From the IMG/VR virus record IMGVR_UViG_3300005403_000005, positions 26,308 through 90,307 of that record: DNA of 64,000 nt. One strand, 5' to 3'. Of this stretch, positions 30,028 to 40,513 are shown piece after piece. The stretch's first letter is position 1; each line of letters opens with the position of its first letter. The notes beneath the pieces are model-generated. The model ran no database searches. It worked only from the letters and a program-made list of their open reading frames with translations, and was not told where the DNA came from. A program made the position numbers and the translations under genes. The DNA is from a virus. Taxonomy: Duplodnaviria > Caudoviricetes.

Positions 30028-31032
30028 ATGAGTGATTTCATTACAGACCTCTATAAGTCGATTGGCAATAATACAGAGATACAGGATGTGTCCGATTGGC
30101 TCGATACAGGGGTTCTTCAGCTTAATAAGGCGATTGGCGGAAAGTACGATAGAGGCTTCCCAGTCGGTCGCATCATTGAAATCTATGGCGGCGAATCTTC
30201 TGGGAAGACACTCATCTCGACCTTTGCGCTGAAGAGTACGCAGGAGCGGGGCGGGCTTGCGGTATTTCTTGATTACGAACATGCCTTCTCGCTCAATCGG
30301 GCGAAAGCGCTGGGATTGGCTGATGCTCCAGAAAAGTGGGTGTATCGGCAGCCGGATACCGCAGAGGAGGGCTTCCAGATTATTGAAAAGGTCGTGGAGC
30401 TTGCCCGGAAGTACGATGCAAAGAAGCCCATCACGATTGTCGTGGATTCCGTGGCGTCGATGATGACGAAAGCGGAGCTGGAAGCCGATTATGACGAGAG
30501 CAATATGAAGACGAAGCTCTCACTCGCCGCCCTCCTCTCCCCCAGTCTGAAGAAGCTCGCCGCCCTTGTGAACAAGAGCAACATCACGCTCATTTTCCTC
30601 AATCAGGTGCGTGATAATCCCGGCGTAATGTATGGCGATAAGGAGAGTACTCCGGGTGGCAGGGCGCTGAAGTTCTACGCTTCCGTCCGCATCAAGCTTC
30701 GTAAGGGCGATAAAATCAAGGGCTACGACGATAGCATCATCGGTCAGCGGGTGATAGCACAAGTCGTCAAGAATAAGGTTGCTCCCCCTTTCTCTGAGGC
30801 TGAGTACGATGGCTCCTTCATAGAAGGTGTCAATCTCGCGTCAACACTTATCGATGCTCTTCTTGACGAGGAGCTTTTGACGAGGGCTGGTGCGTACATT
30901 CAGCTTCCCGATGGCTCGAAGAAGTACCGCTCCGTCCTTGAGAAAGAGCTCAAGGCTGATAAGGCGAAGTACGATGCGCTCCTCAAATCAGTCCTTGATG
31001 CAGAGAAGGTGAAGTTGGCGAAGGCATCCTAA
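30028..31032 (+). CDS. recA: RecA/UvsX recombinase
   Basis: GRIIEIYGGESSGKT, VVDSVA, PGGRALKFYASVRI, VKNKVAPPF. Confidence 0.95.
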   Translation: MSDFITDLYKSIGNNTEIQDVSDWLDTGVLQLNKAIGGKYDRGFPVGRIIEIYGGESSGKTLISTFALKSTQERGGLAVFLDYEHAFSLNRAKALGLADAPEKWVYRQPDTAEEGFQIIEKVVELARKYDAKKPITIVVDSVASMMTKAELEADYDESNMKTKLSLAALLSPSLKKLAALVNKSNITLIFLNQVRDNPGVMYGDKESTPGGRALKFYASVRIKLRKGDKIKGYDDSIIGQRVIAQVVKNKVAPPFSEAEYDGSFIEGVNLASTLIDALLDEELLTRAGAYIQLPDGSKKYRSVLEKELKADKAKYDALLKSVLDAEKVKLAKAS

Positions 31033-31044
31033 TGGAGGTTATTT

Positions 31045-31422
31045 ATGAAATCTGAAGACATAATCCACAATGGCAGGAAGGTGGGTGTGAAGATAGGGAA
31101 TACCTATCTCTCATATCGCAAGCAGAGCAAACATCTATATCGAGGCGGCGCACCCACCGTAGCGGAAGCGAAGAAGCGTGGCTCTGCATCGTGGGGCATT
31201 GATGCTGAACTCGTGAAGCTCCTCAATGTTTGTGGCGTGCGGATATTCGCTATTCACGAATCGGAAACGAAGAAGACTTACTACATGAGCTCCATGCGTT
31301 TTGCGATGAATGCGCGGTATCTGGAATTCGACCACGGACTTCAGCAGTTTGTGGAATTGAGCAAGTGGATGGTTGCCGATAACCTCGGGGAATTCATCGA
31401 AACGTGCGAAAAGGTGGTGTAA
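31045..31422 (+). CDS. Hypothetical protein
   Basis: GGAGG RBS; operon continuity. Confidence 0.6.
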   Translation: MKSEDIIHNGRKVGVKIGNTYLSYRKQSKHLYRGGAPTVAEAKKRGSASWGIDAELVKLLNVCGVRIFAIHESETKKTYYMSSMRFAMNARYLEFDHGLQQFVELSKWMVADNLGEFIETCEKVV

Positions 31423-32465
31423 TGACACAGAAACTTCCATTGGCTTTTGCAGCCGACCTGCATATCCACGCATACAAGGCTCACTCACGGCTCCTCGATG
31501 GACTCTGGAATTCCAGGGTCCATTTTGCCATGCACGCCCTTGCCAATGTGTGCGCCATAGCCAAACAGAATGAGGCGATGGACATCATCCTCGCGGGCGA
31601 CATCTTCCACGTTCGGGGAGCGCTCCGTCCCTCTACGCTTACATCGACAATCACGATGCTGAAGCGTCTGATTGGGCGTGGGCATCGCTTTTGGATTATC
31701 CCCGGCAATCATGACATGGAGGGCTCCTCCGCAGAATGGGCAACATCGGTAGATTCGCTTTCCGGATTGCTGGGGGCTGTCACGGTGTTCAAGGAGCCGA
31801 CCAATACGCTCGTGGGTGGGCATCGCATTGCGTTCATCCCTTACACGCATGACATCGAAACATTCAAGAAGCTCGTCAAGGCATACGATGGGAGCGTCGA
31901 TATCATCGTGTGCCATCAGGGTATCGATGACTTCAAGCCAATGGCCGGGATGCCCGACACCGGACTGAGTGCCAAGTGGCTTGCGGAAAATTTCAGCGGC
32001 GAAATCTATGCCGGCCACTATCACTCCCCAGCCATCAATGGGAGGATAGCCCAGATAGGCTCCATGACGCAGCTTGATTTCGGGGATGAGGGCTCCACTC
32101 GGGGCGTGCTTATCAGGAGTGATGCTGGCGTGGCTCTCCATGAGGTTCGTCATCCGAAATTCCTGACGATTGATATCACCGCCAATGGGAAGGTGATGCT
32201 GCCCTCTCCATCTGAGGTAAAGGGGAACTTCATCAGGATAGTCTCCAAGTCTGCAAAGGACGCGGCTACTGCGAAGGCACTCTGTACCGACTATGGTGCA
32301 GAATCAATCACGATTCAGCTTGTCAGGGAGTTCTCCAAAGCGAAGACGGAGACAATCAAAATCACGACGCCAGCGCAGATGATTTCGGACTACATCGATA
32401 TCATGCCGAAGCTGGCACCCTTCAAGACTAAGATACTCAAGGAATACGAAAGGATAATGTCATGA
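31422..32465 (+). CDS. SbcD/Mre11-like nuclease (gp47-like)
   Basis: ADLH, GDIFH, GNHD, GHYH; paired with SMC-like ATPase. Confidence 0.85.
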   Translation: MTQKLPLAFAADLHIHAYKAHSRLLDGLWNSRVHFAMHALANVCAIAKQNEAMDIILAGDIFHVRGALRPSTLTSTITMLKRLIGRGHRFWIIPGNHDMEGSSAEWATSVDSLSGLLGAVTVFKEPTNTLVGGHRIAFIPYTHDIETFKKLVKAYDGSVDIIVCHQGIDDFKPMAGMPDTGLSAKWLAENFSGEIYAGHYHSPAINGRIAQIGSMTQLDFGDEGSTRGVLIRSDAGVALHEVRHPKFLTIDITANGKVMLPSPSEVKGNFIRIVSKSAKDAATAKALCTDYGAESITIQLVREFSKAKTETIKITTPAQMISDYIDIMPKLAPFKTKILKEYERIMS

Positions 32466-32743
32466 GCGTATTGGATGGGGCGATGAGGATGGCTGCGGTT
32501 TGTGGTCTTTCCACTGTCAGGGAGGCAGTGCTCAACTACGATAGATACGCGATGTCTTTTCTGCCATATCCGGACATCCCCGGCAAGCTGACCCAGCTAT
32601 ACAACGAGCTGGATGAGTGGGAGCGGAGCGGGAAGTCACCAGAGATTCCACAGGAGATAGTGGATGAGGTCAATCGGGAGATGGACGAGTATTTCTCACG
32701 GATGGAGCAGAGGCAGGAGGCATTGTGCGAATCAGAAGAGTGA
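32462..32743 (+). CDS. Hypothetical protein
   Basis: ATGA overlap with upstream gene. Confidence 0.55.
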   Translation: MSVLDGAMRMAAVCGLSTVREAVLNYDRYAMSFLPYPDIPGKLTQLYNELDEWERSGKSPEIPQEIVDEVNREMDEYFSRMEQRQEALCESEE

Positions 32744-34614
32744 TTATTGAGAACTTCCTCTCCATTGGCGAAATGGAGGTCGATTTCGAGAATTACACGG
32801 GGCTCACCCTTATTGAGGGTGTGAACAGCGATTCTCCGACCGCCAATAGCAATGGGGCCGGGAAGTCATCGCTCTACGAGGCGATATTCTGGTGTCTCTT
32901 CGGGAAGACAAAGCGTGGACTCAATGGTGATGATGTCATCAATCGCTCTGTTGGGAAGGATTGCGCCGTAACGCTCCAATTCGACGATGTGATTGTCACG
33001 CGAGCGAGGAAGCATTCCCTCTACCCATCGGGGCTCCATCTCACTGTCGGTCCCGATGACAGGACACAGGGAACCATCAAGGATACGCAGGCTATTCTTG
33101 ATTCGCTCGTCGGCATGGGAGAGCTTACCTTCTCCAAGGTGGCGAATTTCGGACAGGGTGATATCAAGGATTTTGCGGCACTGACCGACTCTGAGCTCAA
33201 GGAAGTTTTCGAGCAATCCCTCGGGCTAGGCTTCTTTGCGGACTCCCTCAAGCGCACGAAAGAGCGTCGTGGTGAGCTCAATGCGAAGGTAGCCAGCGTG
33301 CAGTCCCAGATAGAGACTCTTGCGCGGGAGATTGATTTCACCTTTGACAAGATTGCCACGCTGAAGCGAGCCGACAAGGATGTGGAGGATGCTGCCCAGC
33401 GAATGATTGCCCAGTACGAGCAGGATGTCGCAGATGCGGAGGCTCAGAAGAAACAAAAGGAAACAGAGCTTGCACAAAAGCGTGTTGCGATAGATAAGGC
33501 TTCCGCACTCATCACGAAGGCATCCGGGGCGATGCAGAAGTTTCAGGAGGAGTTGGGGGAGGTCAGGAAGGCCTTCGATGCGGCAAAGATGAATGTGGCG
33601 CTCTGGAATGAGCGTGTCTCCCAGCTATCGACAGCGCTCAACAAGACGGTGGCTGCGTTGAAGTCGGTTCCGAAGGATTGTGACAAGTGTCTCCGCCCAC
33701 TGGATGAATCAAGCGTAAAGGCGCATGTGGAATCGGCCGCAGAAGAGACGAGAGTTGCCCTAGAAGCTCGTGAGGCAGCGAAAGCCTCACTCACCCTTGC
33801 GCTGAATGAGCAAGAGGCTCAGAAGTCAAAATTGGAAGCTCTGGCAAAAGAGGGCGAGAAATACGCCAGCATCGAGAAGCATGCGGCGGAGCTTGCAGTG
33901 GAGCGTCGCCATCTCGCCATGCTCGAAACTGAGATTGAGAATTACGCCAATCGTATAATTAACGTACAGGCGCAAATCGCGAGTATCAAGGGACAGAAGC
34001 GGGGCAATGGCGAGGAGATAGAGCAGCTCACGAAGAAGGCGTCTACCGATACGGCTGCGCGGAAGGGTCTTGAGCGCGAATTGAAGGAGTTGGAGGAGAC
34101 TCTTGAAACCACAATGATGTTGGAGGAGATTCTTGGCAATGGAGGCTTGAAGAGCTACGTCCTCGACAATATCACTCCGGAACTCAATCGGATTGTCTCC
34201 GAGTACATGAATGTCCTCAATCCCGCGATTGCCATCGAGATATCGACGATAAGCAAGCTGAAGAGCGGCGAGTATCGTGACAAGTTCAGCATCAAGGTCA
34301 CTACGGAGGATGGCGCTGGGGATTACAAGGGGAATAGTGGTGGCGAGCGGCAATTCGTGAACTTCGCAATTTCGCTCGGCTTCAACTCCCTTTGTAGGGC
34401 GATGTCGAGTGGAAGTCTCAATATCCTCTTCCTTGATGAGCCATTTGAGTCGCTTGATGATGCGGCTGCGGAGAATGCCGTGGAGCTCTGCAAACGCTTT
34501 GCCTCCAATATTGAGCATCCGTTCATCATCACGCACAATCCGGCAATCAGGGATATCGTGAGTTCGCGCATGAAGGTTGTAAAAAAGGGTGGGAAAACTA
34601 CATTAGGAAAGTGA
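32725..34614 (+). CDS. SbcC/Rad50-like ATPase (gp46-like)
   Basis: NGAGKSS, coiled coil with central CDKC hook, SGGERQ, FLDEPF. Confidence 0.9.
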   Translation: MRIRRVIIENFLSIGEMEVDFENYTGLTLIEGVNSDSPTANSNGAGKSSLYEAIFWCLFGKTKRGLNGDDVINRSVGKDCAVTLQFDDVIVTRARKHSLYPSGLHLTVGPDDRTQGTIKDTQAILDSLVGMGELTFSKVANFGQGDIKDFAALTDSELKEVFEQSLGLGFFADSLKRTKERRGELNAKVASVQSQIETLAREIDFTFDKIATLKRADKDVEDAAQRMIAQYEQDVADAEAQKKQKETELAQKRVAIDKASALITKASGAMQKFQEELGEVRKAFDAAKMNVALWNERVSQLSTALNKTVAALKSVPKDCDKCLRPLDESSVKAHVESAAEETRVALEAREAAKASLTLALNEQEAQKSKLEALAKEGEKYASIEKHAAELAVERRHLAMLETEIENYANRIINVQAQIASIKGQKRGNGEEIEQLTKKASTDTAARKGLERELKELEETLETTMMLEEILGNGGLKSYVLDNITPELNRIVSEYMNVLNPAIAIEISTISKLKSGEYRDKFSIKVTTEDGAGDYKGNSGGERQFVNFAISLGFNSLCRAMSSGSLNILFLDEPFESLDDAAAENAVELCKRFASNIEHPFIITHNPAIRDIVSSRMKVVKKGGKTTLGK

Positions 34615-34794
34615 GGTATCATCTTGAACGCATTTATGTATGACAAAAATGTTGAGGCTCCGAGGCCAATGAGAAAGCAACTTATCGCAATCGCTACGCT
34701 GAATGGCGAGCGGGGTGGCAGGGTTGAGAAGGTTTGTCAAGTCCTGAAGGAGTTCAATCTGAGCTTTGACAGCTATAGCGCGTAGGAGGGTTAA

Positions 34795-35337
34795 ATGTGC
34801 ATTTTGGCATGCGATGTAGGCTTTCGCGCATTCGGCTGGTCGGTAATCAAGAAGGGTGAAGTGATTGACTGCGGGACAATCATCACGGAGAAATCGGCGA
34901 AGAAGACGACCAGGACTGCCGATGACTACTACTCCCGCTCCACAGTCATCGCATCAGCGCTGGCGGAAATCATTAAGCGCCATGACATCAAGGGAATCGT
35001 GGGCGAGCTTCCCAGCGGCGGAGCGCAATCGGCAAAGGCGATGGTGATGATGAACATGGCGACCGCAGTGGTAGCATCCGTGGCGGCGATACTCAGCATT
35101 CCCTGCGAGTGGTGTAGTCCAACAGAAGTAAAAATTGCAGTCTGTGGTTATCGAAGTGCGACGAAGCATGAAATAATGACCATGATTAAGAATAGATTTG
35201 CTGGAAGGGGCGCAGAATTGTTTCCAGAACAACTGGGGCATTTTGAACATATTGCTGATAGTGTGGGGGCATATCTCGCATTAAGCAATGGGAATATTGT
35301 TCGTATGTTTGGGGGCATGGATGGAAGACTTGCATGA
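34795..35337 (+). CDS. ruvC: RuvC-like Holliday junction resolvase
   Basis: ILACDVG...GWSVI, GELP, K..V.G...ATK, HIADS. Confidence 0.75.
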   Translation: MCILACDVGFRAFGWSVIKKGEVIDCGTIITEKSAKKTTRTADDYYSRSTVIASALAEIIKRHDIKGIVGELPSGGAQSAKAMVMMNMATAVVASVAAILSIPCEWCSPTEVKIAVCGYRSATKHEIMTMIKNRFAGRGAELFPEQLGHFEHIADSVGAYLALSNGNIVRMFGGMDGRLA

Positions 35338-35842
35338 ATTAGAGGAGTTTCCCGGCTATGCTGTAAATGCAATGGGTGAAGTATTTTCCCTGAACTATAG
35401 GGGTGAGCGTGGCAGGGTGTCCAAATTGAAAGGAGGCTATAATTCAAAGGGATATCACTACATAAACTTTATGAAGAGTGGCACAAAGATTCAACGCGCA
35501 GTACACAGGTTGGTTGCGACGGTCTTTGTCTCAAATCCAGATGGCAAACTTGAGGTAAATCATAAAGATGGCAATAAACGAAATAATCGTGCTGATAATC
35601 TTGAGTGGTGCAATCATGGAGAAAATGTAAAGCACGCCTTTGATACGGGGTTGATGAATCCTGCAATATTGGCCTTGAAACGCTCTAAGTTGTCACTGGG
35701 TCAAATAGAAGAGGCGGCAAAAATGAGGATTTCTGGCATGTCGTATGATGACATAGGGAAACATTTTGGATGTTCTGGCAATTGCGTCAATAATAGCATC
35801 AATGGTAGGCAAGGGGCATTGAGATGGTCAAATAGGCTTTGA
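35321..35842 (+). CDS. Free-standing HNH homing endonuclease
   Basis: VHRLVATVFVSNPDGKLEVNHKDGNKRNNRADNLEWC. Confidence 0.9.
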   Translation: MEDLHELEEFPGYAVNAMGEVFSLNYRGERGRVSKLKGGYNSKGYHYINFMKSGTKIQRAVHRLVATVFVSNPDGKLEVNHKDGNKRNNRADNLEWCNHGENVKHAFDTGLMNPAILALKRSKLSLGQIEEAAKMRISGMSYDDIGKHFGCSGNCVNNSINGRQGALRWSNRL

Positions 35843-35868
35843 CATTAAGTAACTACTTAATGTATGAT
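35839..35868 (+). promoter_or_regulatory. Sigma70-type promoter with perfect TTAAGT-N4-ACTTAA palindrome
   Basis: TTGACA-TTAAGTAACTACTTAATG-TATGAT. Confidence 0.75.
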
Positions 35869-36235
35869 GTAGGAAATCATGATGAATTATGAAGGGAGGG
35901 AGTATGGCATGTGGGAAAATGGTGAGTGTTGGCGTACTTAATGGTCATCAAAGCCACCTATGTTCTGATTGTCATTTTATGGACACTCAAATTTCGGAGG
36001 AGCCATGCATTTCCTGTTTTGAAAGAAGTGATGGCTGTTGCTTCTTGGATGCGGAGACAGGAGAGTAATCATGGCATGTGGAAAATTCCAAGAGTCTGGA
36101 CATCATAATCACACATGCCCCCGTTGCCACTTTTACAAAACTGAAATTGACGAGATACCTTGTCGCCTTTGTGGAACGCGGCGAGATGGCGGTAAGCGCG
36201 AATGTTACTTTTTGGACGCAGAGAAAGGAGAATAA

Positions 36236-36679
36236 ATGTTTTCACTTGTTGTGAGTGTCAAGCGGGTCAATTCCCGCGCAAAGATTCCGGCATACAAGAC
36301 TTGCAAGGCTGCGGGGTTTGACCTCGCTTCGATTGAGGATGACTTCCTGCTTCGACCCGGAGAGACTAAGCTTGTGGGAACTGGGCTTGCATTTGCGGTT
36401 CCGGCTGGCTTCGAGATGCAGATTCGTCCCAGAAGCGGCTTGAGCCTCAAAACGGAGCTTTCCATTAAGAATGCACCGGGAACGATTGACAGCGATTATC
36501 GGGGCGAAGTGAAAATCATCGTCACGAATCGCGGGACAGCGCCTATTGAAATTACTGAGGGGATGCGTATCGCGCAGGGCGTGATAGCTCCCGTCCTTCA
36601 AGCAATCCTCCTTGAAGTCGAGGAGCTTGATGAGACTGAAAGGGGTGCTGGCGGTTTTGGTCATACCGGCACGAAATAA
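36236..36679 (+). CDS. dut: dUTPase (trimeric)
   Basis: AAGFDL, RPRSGL, GTIDSDYRGE, RIAQ, RGAGGFGHTG. Confidence 0.95.
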   Translation: MFSLVVSVKRVNSRAKIPAYKTCKAAGFDLASIEDDFLLRPGETKLVGTGLAFAVPAGFEMQIRPRSGLSLKTELSIKNAPGTIDSDYRGEVKIIVTNRGTAPIEITEGMRIAQGVIAPVLQAILLEVEELDETERGAGGFGHTGTK

Positions 36680-36710
36680 CCAAGTAAATACTTAATTGAT
36701 GGAGGTATTC

Positions 36711-37226
36711 ATGAAGAAACTCATTATCGCATCATGCCTGATTGGAATGATAATTCCGAAGATTGCGGGTTGTGGCGATTTCAGCATCAAGAGTGACATC
36801 GACCATGTGACGCTGAATAAAGCCGGGATTATCGAGGTCATCCCCCAGAATAAGGATATCAGGAGCATTGCCAGATTCGCACTGAAGTACGGCGTGGAGC
36901 GGGATATCGCTCTTGAGTTCGGGATGGTGTTGGCCGAGACGAAATACCCGAAGACGCTTGCCGCAATTGCGGCCAGAGAGAGTGGCTTCAGGACTGGGGT
37001 AGTGGGGAGGGATGGCGAGCGTTCGGCATTCCAGATTCTCGATTGGCCCAGGGGTAAGAATCCCAAGAGCATCAGGGTGAGTGCAAATGAGGCGGAGGCA
37101 GTGCTGGACAGAAAGATAGCGGCCTCCAAGGGGAATTTCTGGAAGGGTGTCGAGCGCTACAATGGCGCAGGAAAGCAGGCTAGATTGTACGCGCAGAACA
37201 TCCGGAGATTGAGGGCGCAGATATGA
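36711..37226 (+). CDS. Lysozyme-like/SLT transglycosylase-like protein with N-terminal signal/anchor
   Basis: MKKLIIASCLIG; AIAARESGF...FQI...RYNG. Confidence 0.6.
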   Translation: MKKLIIASCLIGMIIPKIAGCGDFSIKSDIDHVTLNKAGIIEVIPQNKDIRSIARFALKYGVERDIALEFGMVLAETKYPKTLAAIAARESGFRTGVVGRDGERSAFQILDWPRGKNPKSIRVSANEAEAVLDRKIAASKGNFWKGVERYNGAGKQARLYAQNIRRLRAQI

Positions 37227-37372
37227 ACTGGAATGAGATGAGTGCGGTCGATTTGGCGAAGTATGTCATCGACAATTCGCACGACAAGATACAGAGGCTT
37301 CTCGCTACAGAAGTCCTCGTGTGTCACGGAGTAGAGCACACACCAACACAAGAGCCGAGGAGAGCGTGACAG

Positions 37373-39223
37373 ATGCCCATTGATGTACGAGTAACAGTGA
37401 ACCCCATCGTAGACGAGTATCTACAGAAAGGTGATGTCTCAAGCGAGAATGCGAACTGCATGTGGACCCCCAATGGACTCCTCATGGCTGTGGGCGGGGA
37501 ATGTCTCGGCAGGGATAACATCTTCAGAATAGAGCAGGCGGGGTTTGACAATCTCGCCCAGAAGCACAAGGATGGCGAGGTCCACATCCATGACCTTTCG
37601 CTATCGCACGCCACGCCGTATTGCGCCGGGAATTCACTCCCCACGCTTCTGGCTGGCGGAATCACATCTGCCATGTCAGTGAGCAGACCCGCGAAGCATC
37701 TGCGGACTGCGATAAATCATATCATCAATTTCGTGGGCGCAATGTCCAATGAATTCGCGGGCGCACAGGCGTTCAATGAGGTGGATGTCCATCTTGCCCC
37801 TTATGCGTACAAGGCATATCTCGACTATCTGGCTTCTGGCGCTGATACGGCAATTGCACTCACGCTTACGAAACGTGAAGTGAAACAATGTATCCAAGAG
37901 ATGATGTTCCATTTGAACTTCAATAGCAGATGGGGCTCGCAGACGCCTTTCACCAATATCACGCTCGCCATCACCTGCCCCAGCGACCTGAAGAACTCAG
38001 CAATCCTCGTTGCTGGGAGGCCACTCCATGAGCTCGGCTATCCGGATGCGGAAGGGAAGACGTACGGGGAGATGCAGGGGTGGCAGGGGATGATTGTGAA
38101 TGCCATCCTTGACTGCTTCATTGAGGGGGATGGGCAGGGGAATGGCTTCACATTCCCCATCCTGACGATAAATGTCACGGAGGACTTCTTCGACCAGCCC
38201 ATCAAGGATAAGATTTTCGAGCTTACTGCGAAATACGGCACGCCCTACTTCCAGAACTTTATCAATGGGGAGAGTGGTGGACAGAAAATCAATCCCGACG
38301 ATGTTCGCTCGATGTGTTGCAGACTCATGATTGATAAGAAGGAAATCCAGAAGCATGTCGGCGGACTATTTGGGCACGCTGACCAGACTGGCTCGCTTCA
38401 GGTCGTTACCATCTCCCTTCCCTTCGTCGCAATGAGGGCGATGGAACGGACTGGGAAGGATAAGCAGCTTGCAATCAAAGAGTTCTTCCAGCTCATCACG
38501 GAGACTATGGAGGAGATACGGGATGAGCAGCTATGGAAGCGTGAGGTGGTAATCGACCACTTCAAGCGGGGCTTCTTTCCCATGGCCAAGTCCAATTTTG
38601 GGCGAGGGTTCGATACGTTCTTCACTACAGTCGGATTTATCGGGCTTTGGGAATGTGTCCAGATTCTTCTTGGCAGAGAAGATTCCCTCCTCTCCGAGGA
38701 TGGCTTGGTATTCGGAGAGTCCATCCTTGATTTCATGGCAGGGAAGGTAGGCGAATTCACGGAGCAGACCGGGAAACTCTTCAATCTCGAAGCTACGCCA
38801 GCAGAGAGTGCCACCTACAAGCTGGCAAAGAAGGCGCTTAAAATCTTCCCCGATATTCCGCATCGGGGCTTGAAGAAATCGCCGTACTTCACAAATAGCT
38901 GCCACATCCCCGTCGAGTATCAAGACGACCTCAATGCGGTGTTCCGGACGCAAAATAGCCTACAGACCATTCCCAGCGGTGGCACGGTGGTTCACTTCTA
39001 CCTTGGGGAGAGCATGACGCCCAAGCAAGTGGAGGATGCAGTTCGCTTCATCTGCGAGAACACGAAGCTGCCATACTTCAGCATGACCGCAGTGTACTCC
39101 ATGTGCGAGATATGTGGTCGCATTCCGGGCGCACATGCAGTATGCCCCAATGAGCATACGGACGAGGAGCTCACGGCGCTTGCGGAGCGTAGGCCGGAGC
39201 TTGTGCGGGAGGGCTTTGCGTAA
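37373..39223 (+). CDS. nrdD: Anaerobic (class III) ribonucleotide reductase large subunit lacking the glycyl-radical tail
   Basis: IHDL, FAGAQAF, QTPFTN, RSMCCRL, EATPAES, YFTNS, GGTVVH, PYFS...CEIC; no RVxGY. Confidence 0.9.
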   Translation: MPIDVRVTVNPIVDEYLQKGDVSSENANCMWTPNGLLMAVGGECLGRDNIFRIEQAGFDNLAQKHKDGEVHIHDLSLSHATPYCAGNSLPTLLAGGITSAMSVSRPAKHLRTAINHIINFVGAMSNEFAGAQAFNEVDVHLAPYAYKAYLDYLASGADTAIALTLTKREVKQCIQEMMFHLNFNSRWGSQTPFTNITLAITCPSDLKNSAILVAGRPLHELGYPDAEGKTYGEMQGWQGMIVNAILDCFIEGDGQGNGFTFPILTINVTEDFFDQPIKDKIFELTAKYGTPYFQNFINGESGGQKINPDDVRSMCCRLMIDKKEIQKHVGGLFGHADQTGSLQVVTISLPFVAMRAMERTGKDKQLAIKEFFQLITETMEEIRDEQLWKREVVIDHFKRGFFPMAKSNFGRGFDTFFTTVGFIGLWECVQILLGREDSLLSEDGLVFGESILDFMAGKVGEFTEQTGKLFNLEATPAESATYKLAKKALKIFPDIPHRGLKKSPYFTNSCHIPVEYQDDLNAVFRTQNSLQTIPSGGTVVHFYLGESMTPKQVEDAVRFICENTKLPYFSMTAVYSMCEICGRIPGAHAVCPNEHTDEELTALAERRPELVREGFA

Positions 39224-39382
39224 TGGATGATTCAGTCACGATAGAGAGGGAGTTCCTCAAAGAGGACCAGATATCCGTTCTGAATTTTCTCCTCACAGAG
39301 GTTGCAATGGACAGGTATTTTCTGAAGAGCGTCGTCTTCATGCCAAATGGATTGGTAAAGGTTGAGGCGCAGGAGAAGAGAG

Positions 39383-39967
39383 ATGTCACGGGAGAGTAAG
39401 CCAATATATGGGCTAATGACGGGATTCCTCGATTTCCCAGGTCGCTACGCGGTGACACTCTATCTCACGGGCTGCAATGTTTGTTGTCCGTGGTGTCACA
39501 ATCGCGATGTCGTGATGGGGAAGGGGAATATCTCCGCAAGTCAGGCGGAAGCCTTCATCAAGCCACTTGCCACATCGTTCCTTGGGGGCTTGGGTGTCGT
39601 GTTTTCTGGTGGTGAGCCCACCTCCAACCCGCACTTCCGCAGCCTCGTGGAGCGCTTCGGCAATCTCCCACTTGGCATTCATACAAATGGCTTGGTGCTT
39701 CCCGAGTGGCCCACTGGGTTTGAGTCGGTAGTTTTATCGCTCAAATCCCCTACGGTTGTAGACATGACGACTGGGGAGTATCTGATGAAGGTTCAGGATG
39801 CCATTCGCTACTACAGTCCATGCAAGCGGAGGCAGATTCGCTACGTGGCGGATACGGTTCCGCTGGATATAGTCAGTGCGGCGCATTCGATAGCGGAAAC
39901 TCTCGCTCCGGGCGAGTGGGAATTCGAGTGCGTCCCAGATTCCACGATAAAGGGGGTGTTTATTTGA
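39383..39967 (+). CDS. nrdG: RNR-activating radical SAM enzyme
   Basis: GFLDFPG...YLTGCNVCCPWCHN; VFSGGEPT. Confidence 0.85.
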   Translation: MSRESKPIYGLMTGFLDFPGRYAVTLYLTGCNVCCPWCHNRDVVMGKGNISASQAEAFIKPLATSFLGGLGVVFSGGEPTSNPHFRSLVERFGNLPLGIHTNGLVLPEWPTGFESVVLSLKSPTVVDMTTGEYLMKVQDAIRYYSPCKRRQIRYVADTVPLDIVSAAHSIAETLAPGEWEFECVPDSTIKGVFI

Positions 39968-40101
39968 AGGTGCTTACGAGTGGTGTATTTGCGAGAGTGT
40001 GCGGGTACTATCGGAGAGTGTCGGCGTGGAATCCCGGCAAGCAGAATGAGTGGCGGGATAGGAAGTTCGTCGATATGCGGAAGATGGAGAAGGGCGTCTA
40101 A
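39964..40101 (+). CDS. Stand-alone NrdD glycyl-radical domain
   Basis: TTG start overlapping nrdG stop; FARVCGYYRRVSAWNPGKQNEWRDRK. Confidence 0.8.
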   Translation: MKVLTSGVFARVCGYYRRVSAWNPGKQNEWRDRKFVDMRKMEKGV

Positions 40102-40106
40102 AAGGA

Positions 40107-40132
40107 GGGGCGGGATAACTCCCGCCCCTTTC
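40107..40132. terminator. Intrinsic terminator hairpin
   Basis: GGGGCGGGA-TAAC-TCCCGCCCC + TTT between convergent genes. Confidence 0.65.
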
Positions 40133-40135
40133 CCA

Positions 40136-40405
40136 TCACATCAGGTGGAATTCGATTAACACTGAATTCTCTGGTGTCGGCACCGCGAGGGTAATCTTGT
40201 CCTTGGATTTTTTGACGAATGCCCCCAAGTCTTTTACTGGGGTGAAATCATCGGTCGAAATGATGTCAGACGCCGCACACCTCATTGTAACACTGCCATT
40301 AAAATCACTCATCATTCCTCGCTCTCTCCTTTCTAGGTTAGTAGCGAATTGGCGAACAGGAGCGCTACTATCGGTTGTCATTTGATTAAAAATAGCGTGT
40401 TGCAT
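40136..40405 (-). CDS. Hypothetical protein in AT-rich island
   Basis: Own minus-strand promoter TTGACA-17-TATAGT at about 40417-40445. Confidence 0.5.
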   Translation of the reverse strand: MQHAIFNQMTTDSSAPVRQFATNLERRERGMMSDFNGSVTMRCAASDIISTDDFTPVKDLGAFVKKSKDKITLAVPTPENSVLIEFHLM

Positions 40406-40513
40406 TTGACGAATAAACTATATAGCAATTGCTTAAATGTGTCAATAGTATTTTAATATTTAAGTCTTGATTCATAGGCATTTGCGAAATGTGCAGTTTT
40501 GGAGAGTAAAACA

